DNA of 64,000 nucleotides from an uncultured Clostridia bacterium (GTDB taxonomy: Bacteria > Bacillota > Clostridia > Oscillospirales > CAG-382): the NCBI GenBank assembly GCA_947628695.1, contig CANRAV010000009.1, forward strand, positions 8,551 to 72,550. The letters run 5' to 3'. This document shows, piece by piece, positions 1 through 8,585 of the stretch. Under the pieces are notes generated by a model. It was not told where the DNA came from, searched no databases, and worked only from the letters and a program-made list of their open reading frames with translations. Made by a program: the position numbers and the translations under genes. Position 1 is the first letter of the stretch. Every line of letters starts with the position of its first letter.

Positions 1-464
1 TGCTTGGTTACATAGGCCACGAGGAAGAGAACGCGAAGGCGCTGAGAAGACATTCCGACGGCGACATTTGGCTTCACACCGGCGACCTTGGCGTTATGGA
101 CGAAGAGGGCTTTGTGTACTTCCGCCAGCGGATAAAGCGCATGATAATAACAAGCGGCTACAACGTTTATCCGAGCAGGCTTGAAAACATCATAGACTCG
201 CACCCCTCGGTGCGTATGAGCTGCGTTATCGGCGTAAAGGACGCGTACAAAATGCAGAAGGTGAAGGCCTTTGTCGTACCGAAAAAGGGCGTGAAGGTCG
301 ACGAGGCCTTGAAGGCGGATTTGAAGGAATACTGCAAGAAGCGCATAGCGAAATACGCAATGCCTTATGACTTTGAGTTCAGGGACTCCCTGCCGCAGAC
401 AGGGGTCGGGAAGATAGCCTACACGGTGCTTGAAAAGGAAGAAGAGGAAAAGTCCAAAGGGTAA
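1..464 (+). CDS. AMP-dependent acyl-CoA synthetase/ligase (ANL superfamily), C-terminal fragment; 5' end lies outside the window
   Basis: Frame 3 is open from the window edge (LGYIGHEEENAKALRRHSDGDIWLHTGDLGVMDEEGFVYFRQRIKRMIITSGYNVYP...GKI). These are typical ANL C-terminal motifs. Stop at 462-464. Confidence 0.85.
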   Translation, partial: LGYIGHEEENAKALRRHSDGDIWLHTGDLGVMDEEGFVYFRQRIKRMIITSGYNVYPSRLENIIDSHPSVRMSCVIGVKDAYKMQKVKAFVVPKKGVKVDEALKADLKEYCKKRIAKYAMPYDFEFRDSLPQTGVGKIAYTVLEKEEEEKSKG

Positions 465-469
465 AGAAT

Positions 470-512
470 CCCCCGGGGACGGCGATATGTGCCGACCCGG
501 GGGCGTTTTATT
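470..512. terminator. GC-rich hairpin between convergent genes (cccccggg...cccggggg) followed by cgttttattt
   Basis: 8-bp perfect arms at 470-477 and 496-503 with a T-rich tail. It sits between the stops of convergent CDSs. Confidence 0.55.
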
Positions 513-520
513 TGCCTTTG

Positions 521-1570
521 TCAGTCTGAAAAGAAACGGCGGAAGCGAAGCGCGTCGTTTGTTGTAAGCGCGCCGTCGCCGTTTATGTCGGCTATGACCG
601 ACTGCAGATTTGAAAGCTCTGCCGTACCGGTAAGCGCGCTTTTAAGCAGCATAAAATCAAGTGTGGAAACGGCACCGTCGCAGTTCAAGTCGCCCTTTAC
701 GGCAACGGTAAGAGCGCCGGCAGACGTGCGGACGGAAAACCCGGGCATGACCGCGTCGCCGTCATTTACGTTTTCGCCCGAATCGGATACAATATCCGCC
801 TCTCCCTTGAGCTTTGCCTTAAGCTCCGCCGCGGTATAGATGCCGTCAAGCCAAAGCATGCCCCTCTCCCCGTCCGGCGTTATGCCGGCCGCGCCGTCCG
901 AAAGGTCGAAGGCGCCGCAGTCCGCCCAAGTGACGGTGTAAGAGGCGGACGAGCCGTAACCGTAAACCGCAGACGGAATGCCGGTTATGCCGCTTACGCC
1001 CTTCACGGGGATCCTGCTTTTAGACGTCTCTTCATAATCGCCGTCTATTGTAAAGCTGTATTCCCTGCCCTCCTCAAAGCCGCCGACGGGGGTGAAATAC
1101 AGGCGGACGGAAAGCCGGTCGTCACCGTATACCGCTTCCCTGCTTCGCGTAACGTCTTCAATCAGGTTGACGTTAAGCACACCGCTGCCGGTGATTGCAT
1201 ATGCCTTGCAAAGCCCCTCGGCCGCGAACAGCTTGCTTCCGTCGGAGGCCGTATAAACCGGCCAGTTCGTTATCATCTGCGGGGGAAAGCCGCCGCTTCC
1301 GTTAAGCTCTTCGTCGGTTTTCCAAAGCGGGTCAAGCGCCTCGCCGTCGAAGAGGACGTCGAACTCTATTCCCGAAAGACCGTCCGGAGCGGTTATATCG
1401 GTTATATTCACGTCAAGAGCTATGTACTTTACGCCGTCCCTGTACGCGACGGAAGCGTTCATCTCCGTGCGGAAAGTCCTCTCCACAGCCGGAGAGGCAA
1501 AAGCCGCGCAGGTGAAGGCCGACGCAAGCAATGCAAGGGTCAATATAAAAGCTGCCGATTTTTTAAGCAT
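521..1570 (-). CDS. Secreted protein with an N-terminal signal peptide, a cohesin-like module and a C-terminal type-I-like dockerin
   Basis: Signal peptide MLKKSAAFILTLALLASAFTCAAFA. C-terminal duplicated Ca-binding repeats DLNCDGAVSTLDFMLLKSAL and DINGDGALTTNDALRFRRFF. The N-terminal region (GLSGIEFDVLFDGEALDP...AYAITGSGVLNVNLI) resembles cohesin strands, but this part of the call is tentative. Confidence 0.7.
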   Translation of the reverse strand: MLKKSAAFILTLALLASAFTCAAFASPAVERTFRTEMNASVAYRDGVKYIALDVNITDITAPDGLSGIEFDVLFDGEALDPLWKTDEELNGSGGFPPQMITNWPVYTASDGSKLFAAEGLCKAYAITGSGVLNVNLIEDVTRSREAVYGDDRLSVRLYFTPVGGFEEGREYSFTIDGDYEETSKSRIPVKGVSGITGIPSAVYGYGSSASYTVTWADCGAFDLSDGAAGITPDGERGMLWLDGIYTAAELKAKLKGEADIVSDSGENVNDGDAVMPGFSVRTSAGALTVAVKGDLNCDGAVSTLDFMLLKSALTGTAELSNLQSVIADINGDGALTTNDALRFRRFFSD

Positions 1571-1599
1571 ATCGCCGCCCCTTTCTATAATTTGAAGAA

Positions 1600-1633
1600 G
1601 GCGGACGAAGAAGTATTTCTTCCAACGTCCGCC
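1600..1633 (-). terminator. Hairpin downstream of nagB (ggcggacg...cgtccgcc)
   Basis: 8-bp arms at 1600-1607 and 1626-1633 with inner pairing gaagaa/ttcttc. On the minus strand it is followed by ttcttcaaatt. Confidence 0.45.
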
Positions 1634-1655
1634 GATTTTAAACCATTATGAATGT

Positions 1656-2384
1656 TTAGCCGTTGTATGCAGCCTTGTCGCAAATGAGAACAACGTCCTT
1701 GTGTGCCTTAAGCACGGTGCAGGGAACCTTGGTGGTGATCCTGTCGTCACTTACCATCTTGCTTACAACCGCGTGCTTGTTTGCACCGCTTGCAAGGACA
1801 AGTATCTTCTTTGCCTGCATGATGGTAGCAAGGCCCATCGTTATCGCCTGTGTGGGAACGTCCGCCTTGGAAGCGAAGAAGCGCGCATTAGCCTCTATCG
1901 TATTGTCCGTAAGGTCGGTAAGGTGGGTGCCTGCGTAAAGCTCTTCCTCCGGCTCGTTAAAGCCGATGTGGCCGTTCTGGCCGAGACCGAGAACCTGAAT
2001 GTCTATACCGCCTGCGGCAGCAACCGCCTCGTCATAAGCCTTGCCCTCCGCCGCGGGGTCCTTTGCAAGACCGTTGGGTACATGAGTCCTCGCCTTGTCA
2101 ATATCGACATGGTCGAAAAGGTTGTGGTTCATAAAATACCTGTAGCTTTGGTCGTGCGTGGGAGCCAAAGGATAATACTCGTCCAAATTGTAGCTTGTAA
2201 CGTCCTTAAAGCTTATCTCGCCGGCCTTGTTCATCTTCTGAAGGCACTGATACATGCCGACGGGAGTGCTGCCCGTAGCAAGGCCGAGTATAGAGTTCGG
2301 CTTAGACTTAAGCTGCTCTGCTATGACCTTTGCACCGGCTTCGCTCATCTCCTCATAAGTATCGCAAACAATTACTTTCAACAT
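1656..2384 (-). CDS. nagB: Glucosamine-6-phosphate deaminase
   Basis: 242 aa. MLKVIVCDTYEEMSE...LGLATGSTPVGMY...YNLDEY...GLGQNGHIGFNEP are family-typical motifs. Confidence 0.93.
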   Translation of the reverse strand: MLKVIVCDTYEEMSEAGAKVIAEQLKSKPNSILGLATGSTPVGMYQCLQKMNKAGEISFKDVTSYNLDEYYPLAPTHDQSYRYFMNHNLFDHVDIDKARTHVPNGLAKDPAAEGKAYDEAVAAAGGIDIQVLGLGQNGHIGFNEPEEELYAGTHLTDLTDNTIEANARFFASKADVPTQAITMGLATIMQAKKILVLASGANKHAVVSKMVSDDRITTKVPCTVLKAHKDVVLICDKAAYNG

Positions 2385-2492
2385 TTTTTAAACCTCCATA
2401 CATTCGTACTTGATTACATTTTAATCCAAACGTGCCCTTATGTCAAGCTTTACGCGGTTTTTTTCTTAAATTTTTCACGCTGTATTTTCTGA

Positions 2493-2521
2493 TTGACGCA
2501 AAAGCGTTTTTATGTTATCAT
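2493..2521 (+). promoter_or_regulatory. Sigma-70-type promoter for the HAD hydrolase pair
   Basis: TTGACG (2493-2498), 17-nt spacer, TATCAT (2516-2521). It lies upstream of the RBS agaggtg and the ATG at 2539. Confidence 0.5.
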
Positions 2522-2538
2522 GTGTAAGAGGTGATTTT

Positions 2539-3228
2539 ATGCTTGTGAAGGGCGTTGTTTTTGACCTTGACCACACGCTTTACGACAGATATGCGACGCT
2601 TTGTGCCATTGCGCCGGACTTTGTTTGCGATATGAAGGACTGCATATCTCCTTCGCTTAGCGTCGACGCAGCGGCAAATTTGCTTTGCGAGGGCGACAGG
2701 AGGTATATATACTTCGGCTGGAGGCGCATTTTTGCCTACCTTTGCGAAATGGGGATGTTTGCAAATCCGCCGGAATACGAGAGATACAAGGAAACACTGC
2801 TAAGACTTTACACGGTTCACGCCGTGCCGTACCCGTTTACATACAGCGTGCTTTCGTCACTGCGCGAAAGGGGCCTTAAAACGGGGCTTATCACCAACGG
2901 CAGGGCCGAGGTGCAAGGCTGCAAGATACGCCTTTTAAAGCTTGAAGACGCCTTTGACGAGGTGCTGCTTTGCGGCGAGTTCGGCGTGCAGAAGCCGGAC
3001 AGGGCGCCTTTTGACGAGATGGCGCGCCGCTTGGGTCTTGCAAATGAAACGCTGCTTTACGTAGGCGACAACCCGATGTGCGACGTCGCCGGTGCGCGAA
3101 ACGCCGGCTATATACCGGTGGAGGTGCTTACCGCAGGCTGCGTTCTGCCGGAGGCCGTGCCGGCAATATACCGCATACGCACGGTAGAGGAGCTTGACAA
3201 AATGCTTAAGGTGATAGCGGATGATTAA
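2539..3228 (+). CDS. HAD-superfamily hydrolase
   Basis: MLVKGVVFDLDHTLYD carries the DxD motif and VGDNPMCDVAGARNAG is HAD motif IV. The start was moved to 2539 because the predicted promoter overlaps the 2512 ATG and an RBS precedes 2539. Confidence 0.8.
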   Translation: MLVKGVVFDLDHTLYDRYATLCAIAPDFVCDMKDCISPSLSVDAAANLLCEGDRRYIYFGWRRIFAYLCEMGMFANPPEYERYKETLLRLYTVHAVPYPFTYSVLSSLRERGLKTGLITNGRAEVQGCKIRLLKLEDAFDEVLLCGEFGVQKPDRAPFDEMARRLGLANETLLYVGDNPMCDVAGARNAGYIPVEVLTAGCVLPEAVPAIYRIRTVEELDKMLKVIADD

Positions 3229-3892
3229 GGCGGTGCTTCTTGACGTAGACAACACCCTGCTTGACTTTGACCTCGGCGCGAAGCAGGCGGCAAAAGAGAT
3301 CTTTGACGGCTTGGGGCTTGAATACCCGGAAGATCTCCACACCGTGTTTACGCGCATAAACAACGCCCTTTGGCAGAACATAGAAAAGGGCATTTTGACA
3401 AAGGAACAGCTTTACGAAATACGCTGGCAGCTTATCTTCGACGAGCTGGGTGTAAAGGCAAACGGGAGGGAGTTTGAAAGCCTATTCCGCGAGCGCCTTA
3501 AAGAAAGCGCCATACCGGTAGACGGCGTATTGGAGCTTGTGAAATACCTAAGCGGCAAATACACGCTTTGCATTGCAAGCAACGGACCCTACGGGCAGCA
3601 GATAAGAAGGCTTAAAAAGGCAGGGCTTTACGGATACATTAAACACTTTTTCGTGTCGGAGCGCATAGGCGCGCCGAAGCCGGGGAGGGAATTTTTCGAA
3701 CACTGCCTTAAAGAGCTTTCCCCCATAAAGCGGGAGGAGGTCATTATGATAGGCGATTCGCTTACCGCAGATATATCGGGCGCTGCAGCCTTCGGGATGA
3801 AAAGCTGCTACTTTACCCGCGGGCAGAGGGCGGAAAAAAGCCCTGCTGACTATACGGTCGCAGAGCTTTGCGATATAAGGTGCTTTTTATAG
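3221..3892 (+). CDS. HAD-superfamily hydrolase (YjjG-like nucleotidase subfamily)
   Basis: MIKAVLLDVDNTLLDF, ASNGPY and IGDSLTADISGA motifs. It overlaps the preceding HAD gene by 8 nt. Confidence 0.8.
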   Translation: MIKAVLLDVDNTLLDFDLGAKQAAKEIFDGLGLEYPEDLHTVFTRINNALWQNIEKGILTKEQLYEIRWQLIFDELGVKANGREFESLFRERLKESAIPVDGVLELVKYLSGKYTLCIASNGPYGQQIRRLKKAGLYGYIKHFFVSERIGAPKPGREFFEHCLKELSPIKREEVIMIGDSLTADISGAAAFGMKSCYFTRGQRAEKSPADYTVAELCDIRCFL

Positions 3893-4315
3893 ATCTTTCG
3901 GGGTTTCACGCTCGTCTTTTAACTTGTCGGTAAAATATTTTATAACGTCTTTACGCGTGACGATGCCTATAAACGAGTCGAGGTCGTCTATAATGCAGAC
4001 GAAGTTTTGATGCATCACGCGGTCGAGGAGCTCGTCCATCGTGATGTTTATGCGTGCGGGAGGGCTGAAGTCCTTGCGAAGGATTTCTTTTACATAGTGC
4101 TTCTCTCTGTCCTTTTCGCCGAATATTTCGTGGTCGATTTGGTACCAGAGGAAGTCCCCCTCGCTGACGGAGCCGACGTAGCGCCCGTCCTCGGACAGGA
4201 CGGGGATTGCCGAGTAGCCCTGAGAGCGCAGCTTTGTCAGCCCTTGCCGCACGGTGTTGTTTTCGTATATGTAAGCCACTTCTTTTTTTGGCTTTAAAAG
4301 CATTAAAACGTTCAT
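3887..4315 (-). CDS. CBS domain-containing protein
   Basis: Tandem CBS-like segments (TVRQGLTKLRSQGYSAIPVLSEDGRYVGSVSEGD...; MDELLDRVMHQNFVCIIDDLDSFIGIVTRKDV). The start was trimmed to MNVLMLLKP at 4315, because the longer ORF would overlap the divergent gene start at 4359. Confidence 0.75.
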   Translation of the reverse strand: MNVLMLLKPKKEVAYIYENNTVRQGLTKLRSQGYSAIPVLSEDGRYVGSVSEGDFLWYQIDHEIFGEKDREKHYVKEILRKDFSPPARINITMDELLDRVMHQNFVCIIDDLDSFIGIVTRKDVIKYFTDKLKDERETPKDL

Positions 4316-4358
4316 TGAAAAATTCCTTTCTGAAATCAAACCGAAGGAGGATACCGAT

Positions 4359-5216
4359 ATGCTTGTAAAAATCGGTGACGGAAAACTTTTTGCGGAGATA
4401 GAGACCCGCGGTGCAGAGCTGCAGCGCGTATACAACAGCGAAGGCAGTGACTTCCTTTGGGAAGGCGACGCGCGCTTTTGGGGCAGACGCGCACCGGTAC
4501 TATTTCCTATATGCGGTGGGATGAAAAACGATTCCTATACGCTGGGAGGAAAAAGCTTCCACATGCCGAAGCACGGCTTTTGCAGGGATGCGGAGTTTAC
4601 GTGCGGACGTGCAGACGGACGGGAGGCGGTGTTTTACATAGAAAGCGACCCCGGGCGCAAGGCGCTTTTCCCCTTCGACTTCCGCTTTTCGATTACATAC
4701 GCGGTAAAAGACGCGTCGCTTGAGGTCACCTACACGGTAGAAAACCTCGGTAAAGAGGAGATGTATTTTTCCGTAGGCTCGCACGAGGCGTACGCCTGCC
4801 CGGAGGGGATAGAAAAATACCGTTTGGAGTTTGAAAAACCGGAAAGACTTGAAAGCCTTATAATCGCAGACAACATGATACAGCACGGGACGGTGCTTGT
4901 CGGCGAGGACGTGAAGACCCTTCCCTTAAAGTACGGCTACTTCGCGGTGGACGCGCTTTGCTTTAGGAACTTAAAATCGAAAAGGATAAGCCTTGTCGGC
5001 TGCGGCAGGAAAATCGACGTAAGCTTTAATGACTTTGAGTTTGTGCTGTTCTGGACAAAGCCTAAAGCGCCCTTTTTGTGCATAGAGCTCAACTGCGGCA
5101 CCGACGACTTTGTAGACACGGACGGAAGGATAGAAACCAAGGAGGGCATTGTAAAGCTTGCCGCAGGCGACGTTTTTGAGAGGAAGCACGCCATGCGCTT
5201 CTCCTTTAAAGTGTAG
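4359..5216 (+). CDS. Aldose 1-epimerase family protein (galactose mutarotase-like)
   Basis: 285 aa. GAELQRVYNSEGSDFLWEGDARFWGRRAPVLFPICGG and GSHEAY motifs. RBS gaaggagg upstream. Confidence 0.8.
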   Translation: MLVKIGDGKLFAEIETRGAELQRVYNSEGSDFLWEGDARFWGRRAPVLFPICGGMKNDSYTLGGKSFHMPKHGFCRDAEFTCGRADGREAVFYIESDPGRKALFPFDFRFSITYAVKDASLEVTYTVENLGKEEMYFSVGSHEAYACPEGIEKYRLEFEKPERLESLIIADNMIQHGTVLVGEDVKTLPLKYGYFAVDALCFRNLKSKRISLVGCGRKIDVSFNDFEFVLFWTKPKAPFLCIELNCGTDDFVDTDGRIETKEGIVKLAAGDVFERKHAMRFSFKV

Positions 5217-5220
5217 TTAC

Positions 5221-5257
5221 AAAAATATCCCGCGGGTGAAAGCGCGGGATATTTTTA
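5221..5257. terminator. Bidirectional intrinsic terminator between convergent genes
   Basis: aaaaatatcccgcg / cgcgggatattttt. Arms at 5225-5234 and 5243-5252, flanked by A-runs and T-runs on both sides. Confidence 0.7.
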
Positions 5258-5272
5258 TCGCAGGGGATAGGT

Positions 5273-6565
5273 CTAATCCTCCGGATCCTCCTCATCTTCC
5301 CTGTTCTCTTCCCTTTTCTTGCGTTTCATGCGCTTTTCCTGTTTTTTCCTATGCTTGTTCTCCACGCGCCTGCGGCGCTTTTCCATAAGCTTTTCCTTCT
5401 TTTCCCTCTCCTCGCTTTCCGCGGGAGACTCCACAACAATGCCCTTTTCCTTAAGGCGCCTTGCGGTGCTCTCCTTTATAAGGGTATACACAACGGCCGT
5501 TAGCGGAATGAAGAATATCAACCCGAAAAGACCCATCATCTGGCCGCCGGCAAGAGCCGCAAAAAGCGTCCATATGGCCGGAAGCCCTATGGAGTTGCCC
5601 ACGAGGTGGGGGTAGATAAACTGCCCCTCTATCTGCTGAACCACAAGGAATATCACGACGAACATCAGCGCCTTAAACGGGCTTACAAGCAAAAGCAGCA
5701 GCGCACCTATAAGGCAGGACAGGAAGGCGCCCACGTACGGGATAAGCGCCAAAACGCCCGTAAGCACGCAGCTTATGCCCGCATACGGCAGCTTGAAGAT
5801 GCGAAGCGCCGCATACAGAAGCAGAGAAAGCACAAGCGCGTCCAAGCACTGGCTTGAAATGAAGTTGTAAAAGGTCCTGTAGGACAGGGTGCCTATGTAG
5901 CAGGCCTTGTCTGCAAAGCGCTTCGGCGTGTAAGCGTAAAGCAGCTTGTGCAGCTGGTGGTTAAGCTTTTTCTTGCCCGTTATAAGGTAGATTGAAAACA
6001 CCACGCAGGAGATGGCGGAGATAGCAACGGAAAAGGTGCTGCTTGCCGCGTCTATGACGGTGTTGACAACGGTTATGGCGTTATCGAAGGAAAAGTAGCT
6101 TCTTACAAAATCGTAAAGCTTGTCAATGTCAAGCTCTTGGGGTACGTTTATATCTATATTGTGCTCGTGCAGAAAGTTCAGTGCCGTAGGGTACCAATCC
6201 CTGAACCTGTTTACGATATCCGTGCCGGAAACGGCAAGCTGCGGGACCATTTTGTTTACAAAAAGCGTTATGGCAGAGCCGACCGCAACAAGCGTAAGCA
6301 CAAAGCCGAGATAGGTGTTAAGCGTGTGACGCACCTTGAGGTTGCACTTCCTTTGAATAAAGGCAAACATCCTCTCAAACGCCTTGGTGGGGACGTTAAG
6401 CACAAAGGCAAGGCAGGCGCCGATAAAAAGCGGCATAAGATAGCCGAACACAGAGGATATAACCGACAGAACCTCCTTGTAATTCCACAGCGCGACAAAC
6501 ATCGCAATGGAAGCGAAGGAGAGAAGCATACACTGTTTAAAAGTAAACCTCGGTCTGTTTTCCAT
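5273..6565 (-). CDS. AI-2E family transporter (PerM/YhhT-like) with a highly charged C-terminal tail
   Basis: 430 aa and multi-TM. Family-like segments include LIPYVGAFLS and VVIFLVVQQIEGQFIYPHLVG. The last ~55 aa are K/R/E-rich. Confidence 0.8.
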   Translation of the reverse strand: MENRPRFTFKQCMLLSFASIAMFVALWNYKEVLSVISSVFGYLMPLFIGACLAFVLNVPTKAFERMFAFIQRKCNLKVRHTLNTYLGFVLTLVAVGSAITLFVNKMVPQLAVSGTDIVNRFRDWYPTALNFLHEHNIDINVPQELDIDKLYDFVRSYFSFDNAITVVNTVIDAASSTFSVAISAISCVVFSIYLITGKKKLNHQLHKLLYAYTPKRFADKACYIGTLSYRTFYNFISSQCLDALVLSLLLYAALRIFKLPYAGISCVLTGVLALIPYVGAFLSCLIGALLLLLVSPFKALMFVVIFLVVQQIEGQFIYPHLVGNSIGLPAIWTLFAALAGGQMMGLFGLIFFIPLTAVVYTLIKESTARRLKEKGIVVESPAESEEREKKEKLMEKRRRRVENKHRKKQEKRMKRKKREENREDEEDPED

Positions 6566-6813
6566 ATTTCTGAACCTCTCGGTTTTTATTCTGCATTTCC
6601 ATTATAACATCAAATCGTCAAAAGCGCAACAGTTATTATTGCGTATCTTTCTTTGTTCGCTTTGATATTGACTTTTTCTATATTTTGTGGTATACCTCAT
6701 ATTGTGATATCGTGCATACATCGCAGATTGTAAAATGAAGTTGCAACAGTAAAAAATTCATCCTGCAAATAAGGCTTTAAGACTTCAATACTTTTTTAAA
6801 AAACAATATGCTT

Positions 6814-6982
6814 ACCAAAGCTTCGGGGCAGGGTGAAATTCCCTACTGGCGGTACAGTCCGCGAACACGCCGTGCATGGCGTGCCGACCCGGTGGAACTC
6901 CGGGACCAACGGTTACAGTCCGGATGGAAGATGGCTTTTTTTTCGCGCTTTTGCCCCGCTTTTTAAGGCGGGGCTTTTGCTT
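6814..6982 (+). promoter_or_regulatory. FMN riboswitch (RFN element) with terminator-type expression platform
   Basis: CTTCGGGGCAGGGTGAAATTCCCTACTGGCGGT...AGTCCGCGA...GACCCGGTGGAACTCCGGGACCAACGGTTACAGTCCGGATGGAAGA matches the conserved RFN core. A terminator hairpin gccccgc/gcggggc (6953-6974) with a following tttt follows. A possible promoter is TTCAAT-17-TATGCT at 6784-6812. Confidence 0.9.
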
Positions 6983-7013
6983 TATAAAAATTAAAACATG
7001 GAGGTTTTTAAAG

Positions 7014-7673
7014 ATGAGAAAAACACAGAAGAACATTACCCTTGCCGCGCTCTTTGCGGCCCTGGCGTTTGCGGTTGCAGCGCTTTGCAGCTTCTTCCCT
7101 CTGCCGCTTGTGCCGGCACTTCCGTTTTTGCACTATGACGCGAAGGACGTCGTGATTGTGCTTTGCGGCTTCATTTTGGGGCCGGTGTACGCGCTTGCGG
7201 TAAGCCTTGTGTCGGCACTTTTGGAGCTTACAATAAGCTCTACGGGGCCTTTGGGGGCCGTTATGAACTTTCTTGCAAGCGCGATATTTGCCTGCACCGC
7301 GTCGCTTATCTACAAGTACAAAAAGAACATCTACGGCGCTCTAATGGGTCTGCTTGCAGCAAGCGCAATGACAACCGCTTTCATGCTTGGCTGGAACCTG
7401 CTAATTTCACCCTACTACATGGGCATAACGCGGGAGGTTATAAAGCCCATGCTTCTGCCGTTCTTTTTGCCGTTTAACCTTATAAAGACGCTTATCAACT
7501 CCGGCGTGGCGCTTTTGACCTACAAGCCAGTTATAAGCGCGCTTAGGGCAGCGAAGCTTGTTGAGACGAAGTCTGCGCCTTTAAACGCAAAGTCCGTTGC
7601 CATATCGGTTTCCGCGGGGATTTTGCTTATTGCGCTTTGCATAGCGTCGGTTTTATTTTTAAAATTCAACTGA
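7014..7673 (+). CDS. ribU: Riboflavin transporter, ECF-type S component
   Basis: It lies directly downstream of the FMN riboswitch. Start at MRKTQKNITLAALFAALAF (ATG 7014) with RBS ggaggt. About 6 TM segments. The track ORF start at 6876 lies inside the riboswitch and was rejected. Confidence 0.85.
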   Translation: MRKTQKNITLAALFAALAFAVAALCSFFPLPLVPALPFLHYDAKDVVIVLCGFILGPVYALAVSLVSALLELTISSTGPLGAVMNFLASAIFACTASLIYKYKKNIYGALMGLLAASAMTTAFMLGWNLLISPYYMGITREVIKPMLLPFFLPFNLIKTLINSGVALLTYKPVISALRAAKLVETKSAPLNAKSVAISVSAGILLIALCIASVLFLKFN

Positions 7674-7695
7674 AAGGCATTGACTTTGCCTTTTT
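7673..7695 (+). terminator. Short hairpin after ribU (aaaggca/tgccttt + tt)
   Basis: 7-bp stem at 7673-7679 and 7687-7693 followed by T residues. It overlaps the next promoter. Confidence 0.35.
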
Positions 7696-7708
7696 GCGGT
7701 GCTATCAT
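7680..7708 (+). promoter_or_regulatory. Sigma-70-type promoter for the dat/P1-peptidase pair
   Basis: TTGACT (7680-7685), 17-nt spacer, TATCAT (7703-7708). The RBS aaaggagg precedes the ATG at 7737. Confidence 0.5.
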
Positions 7709-7736
7709 ACGTTTGAAGTGAAAAGGAGGGGTTACT

Positions 7737-8585
7737 ATGCAAAGGGTCGGATATTTCAACGGCGAAATTGGCCCGCTGGATGACATGACAATACCGCTTT
7801 GCGACCGTTCGGTCTTCTTCGGCGACGCCGTGTACGACGCGGTGCTTGTGCTTGGCGGGAAGTGCTATACGCTTGACGGGCACTTAGACAGGCTTTACAA
7901 CAGCTGCCATCTTGCGCAGATTGCCTTTGACATGGGCAGAGACACCTTAAAGTCAGAGATTGAAAGGCTTATCTCTGCCGCAGACGGCGGAGCTGAGATG
8001 CTTTATATAGAGGTCACGCGCGGGGCTGCGCCGAGGAAGCACGAGTTCCCTAAAGACGCGCGGCCGAACCTTATAATGTCGGTCACTCCCCTGACGCTGC
8101 CTGACAGGGGCAAAAGGGCGACGCTTGTCAGCTTCGAGGACAGGCGCTTTGAGTACTGCAACATAAAGACGGTGAATCTGCTTCCCAACGTGTTTGCGGC
8201 GCAGAAGACGGCCGAATGCGGTGCGACGGAGGCGCTTATGCACCGGGGCGACAGGCTTACGGAGGCTGCACACAGCAGCATCTTGATGCTTTCCTCCGGC
8301 GTGCTCTTGATGCCGCCGCTTGACCGGTTTATTCTGCCGGGCATAACCCGCGCCGTGCTTACGCGCCTTGCGAAGGCGAACGGCATACCGACGGAGGAAC
8401 GCATCATTACGGTAGACGAGCTTCTTAAAGCCGACGAGATACTGCTTTGCAGCACCACAAAATGTTTGCTGCGCGTCTTCGAGGTTGACGGGGCGCCTGT
8501 GGGCGGCAAGGACGAGGCTCTCGCACAAAGGCTGCAGGATCTGCTTTACGCGGACATAGAGGCGCAGACAGGGGTGCGGCTATGA
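7737..8585 (+). CDS. dat: D-amino-acid aminotransferase (class IV PLP aminotransferase)
   Basis: 282 aa. I can align it by eye to Bacillus Dat: YIEVTRGAAPRKHEFP versus YFQITRGTTSRNHIFP, and EDRRFEYCNIKTVNLLPNVFAAQK versus [24 protein letters not shown]. Confidence 0.75.
   Translation: MQRVGYFNGEIGPLDDMTIPLCDRSVFFGDAVYDAVLVLGGKCYTLDGHLDRLYNSCHLAQIAFDMGRDTLKSEIERLISAADGGAEMLYIEVTRGAAPRKHEFPKDARPNLIMSVTPLTLPDRGKRATLVSFEDRRFEYCNIKTVNLLPNVFAAQKTAECGATEALMHRGDRLTEAAHSSILMLSSGVLLMPPLDRFILPGITRAVLTRLAKANGIPTEERIITVDELLKADEILLCSTTKCLLRVFEVDGAPVGGKDEALAQRLQDLLYADIEAQTGVRL

Noticed and set aside
489-839. 116-aa plus-strand ORF
   Set aside because: It is antisense to the C-terminal (dockerin) half of the 521-1570 gene and has no independent support.
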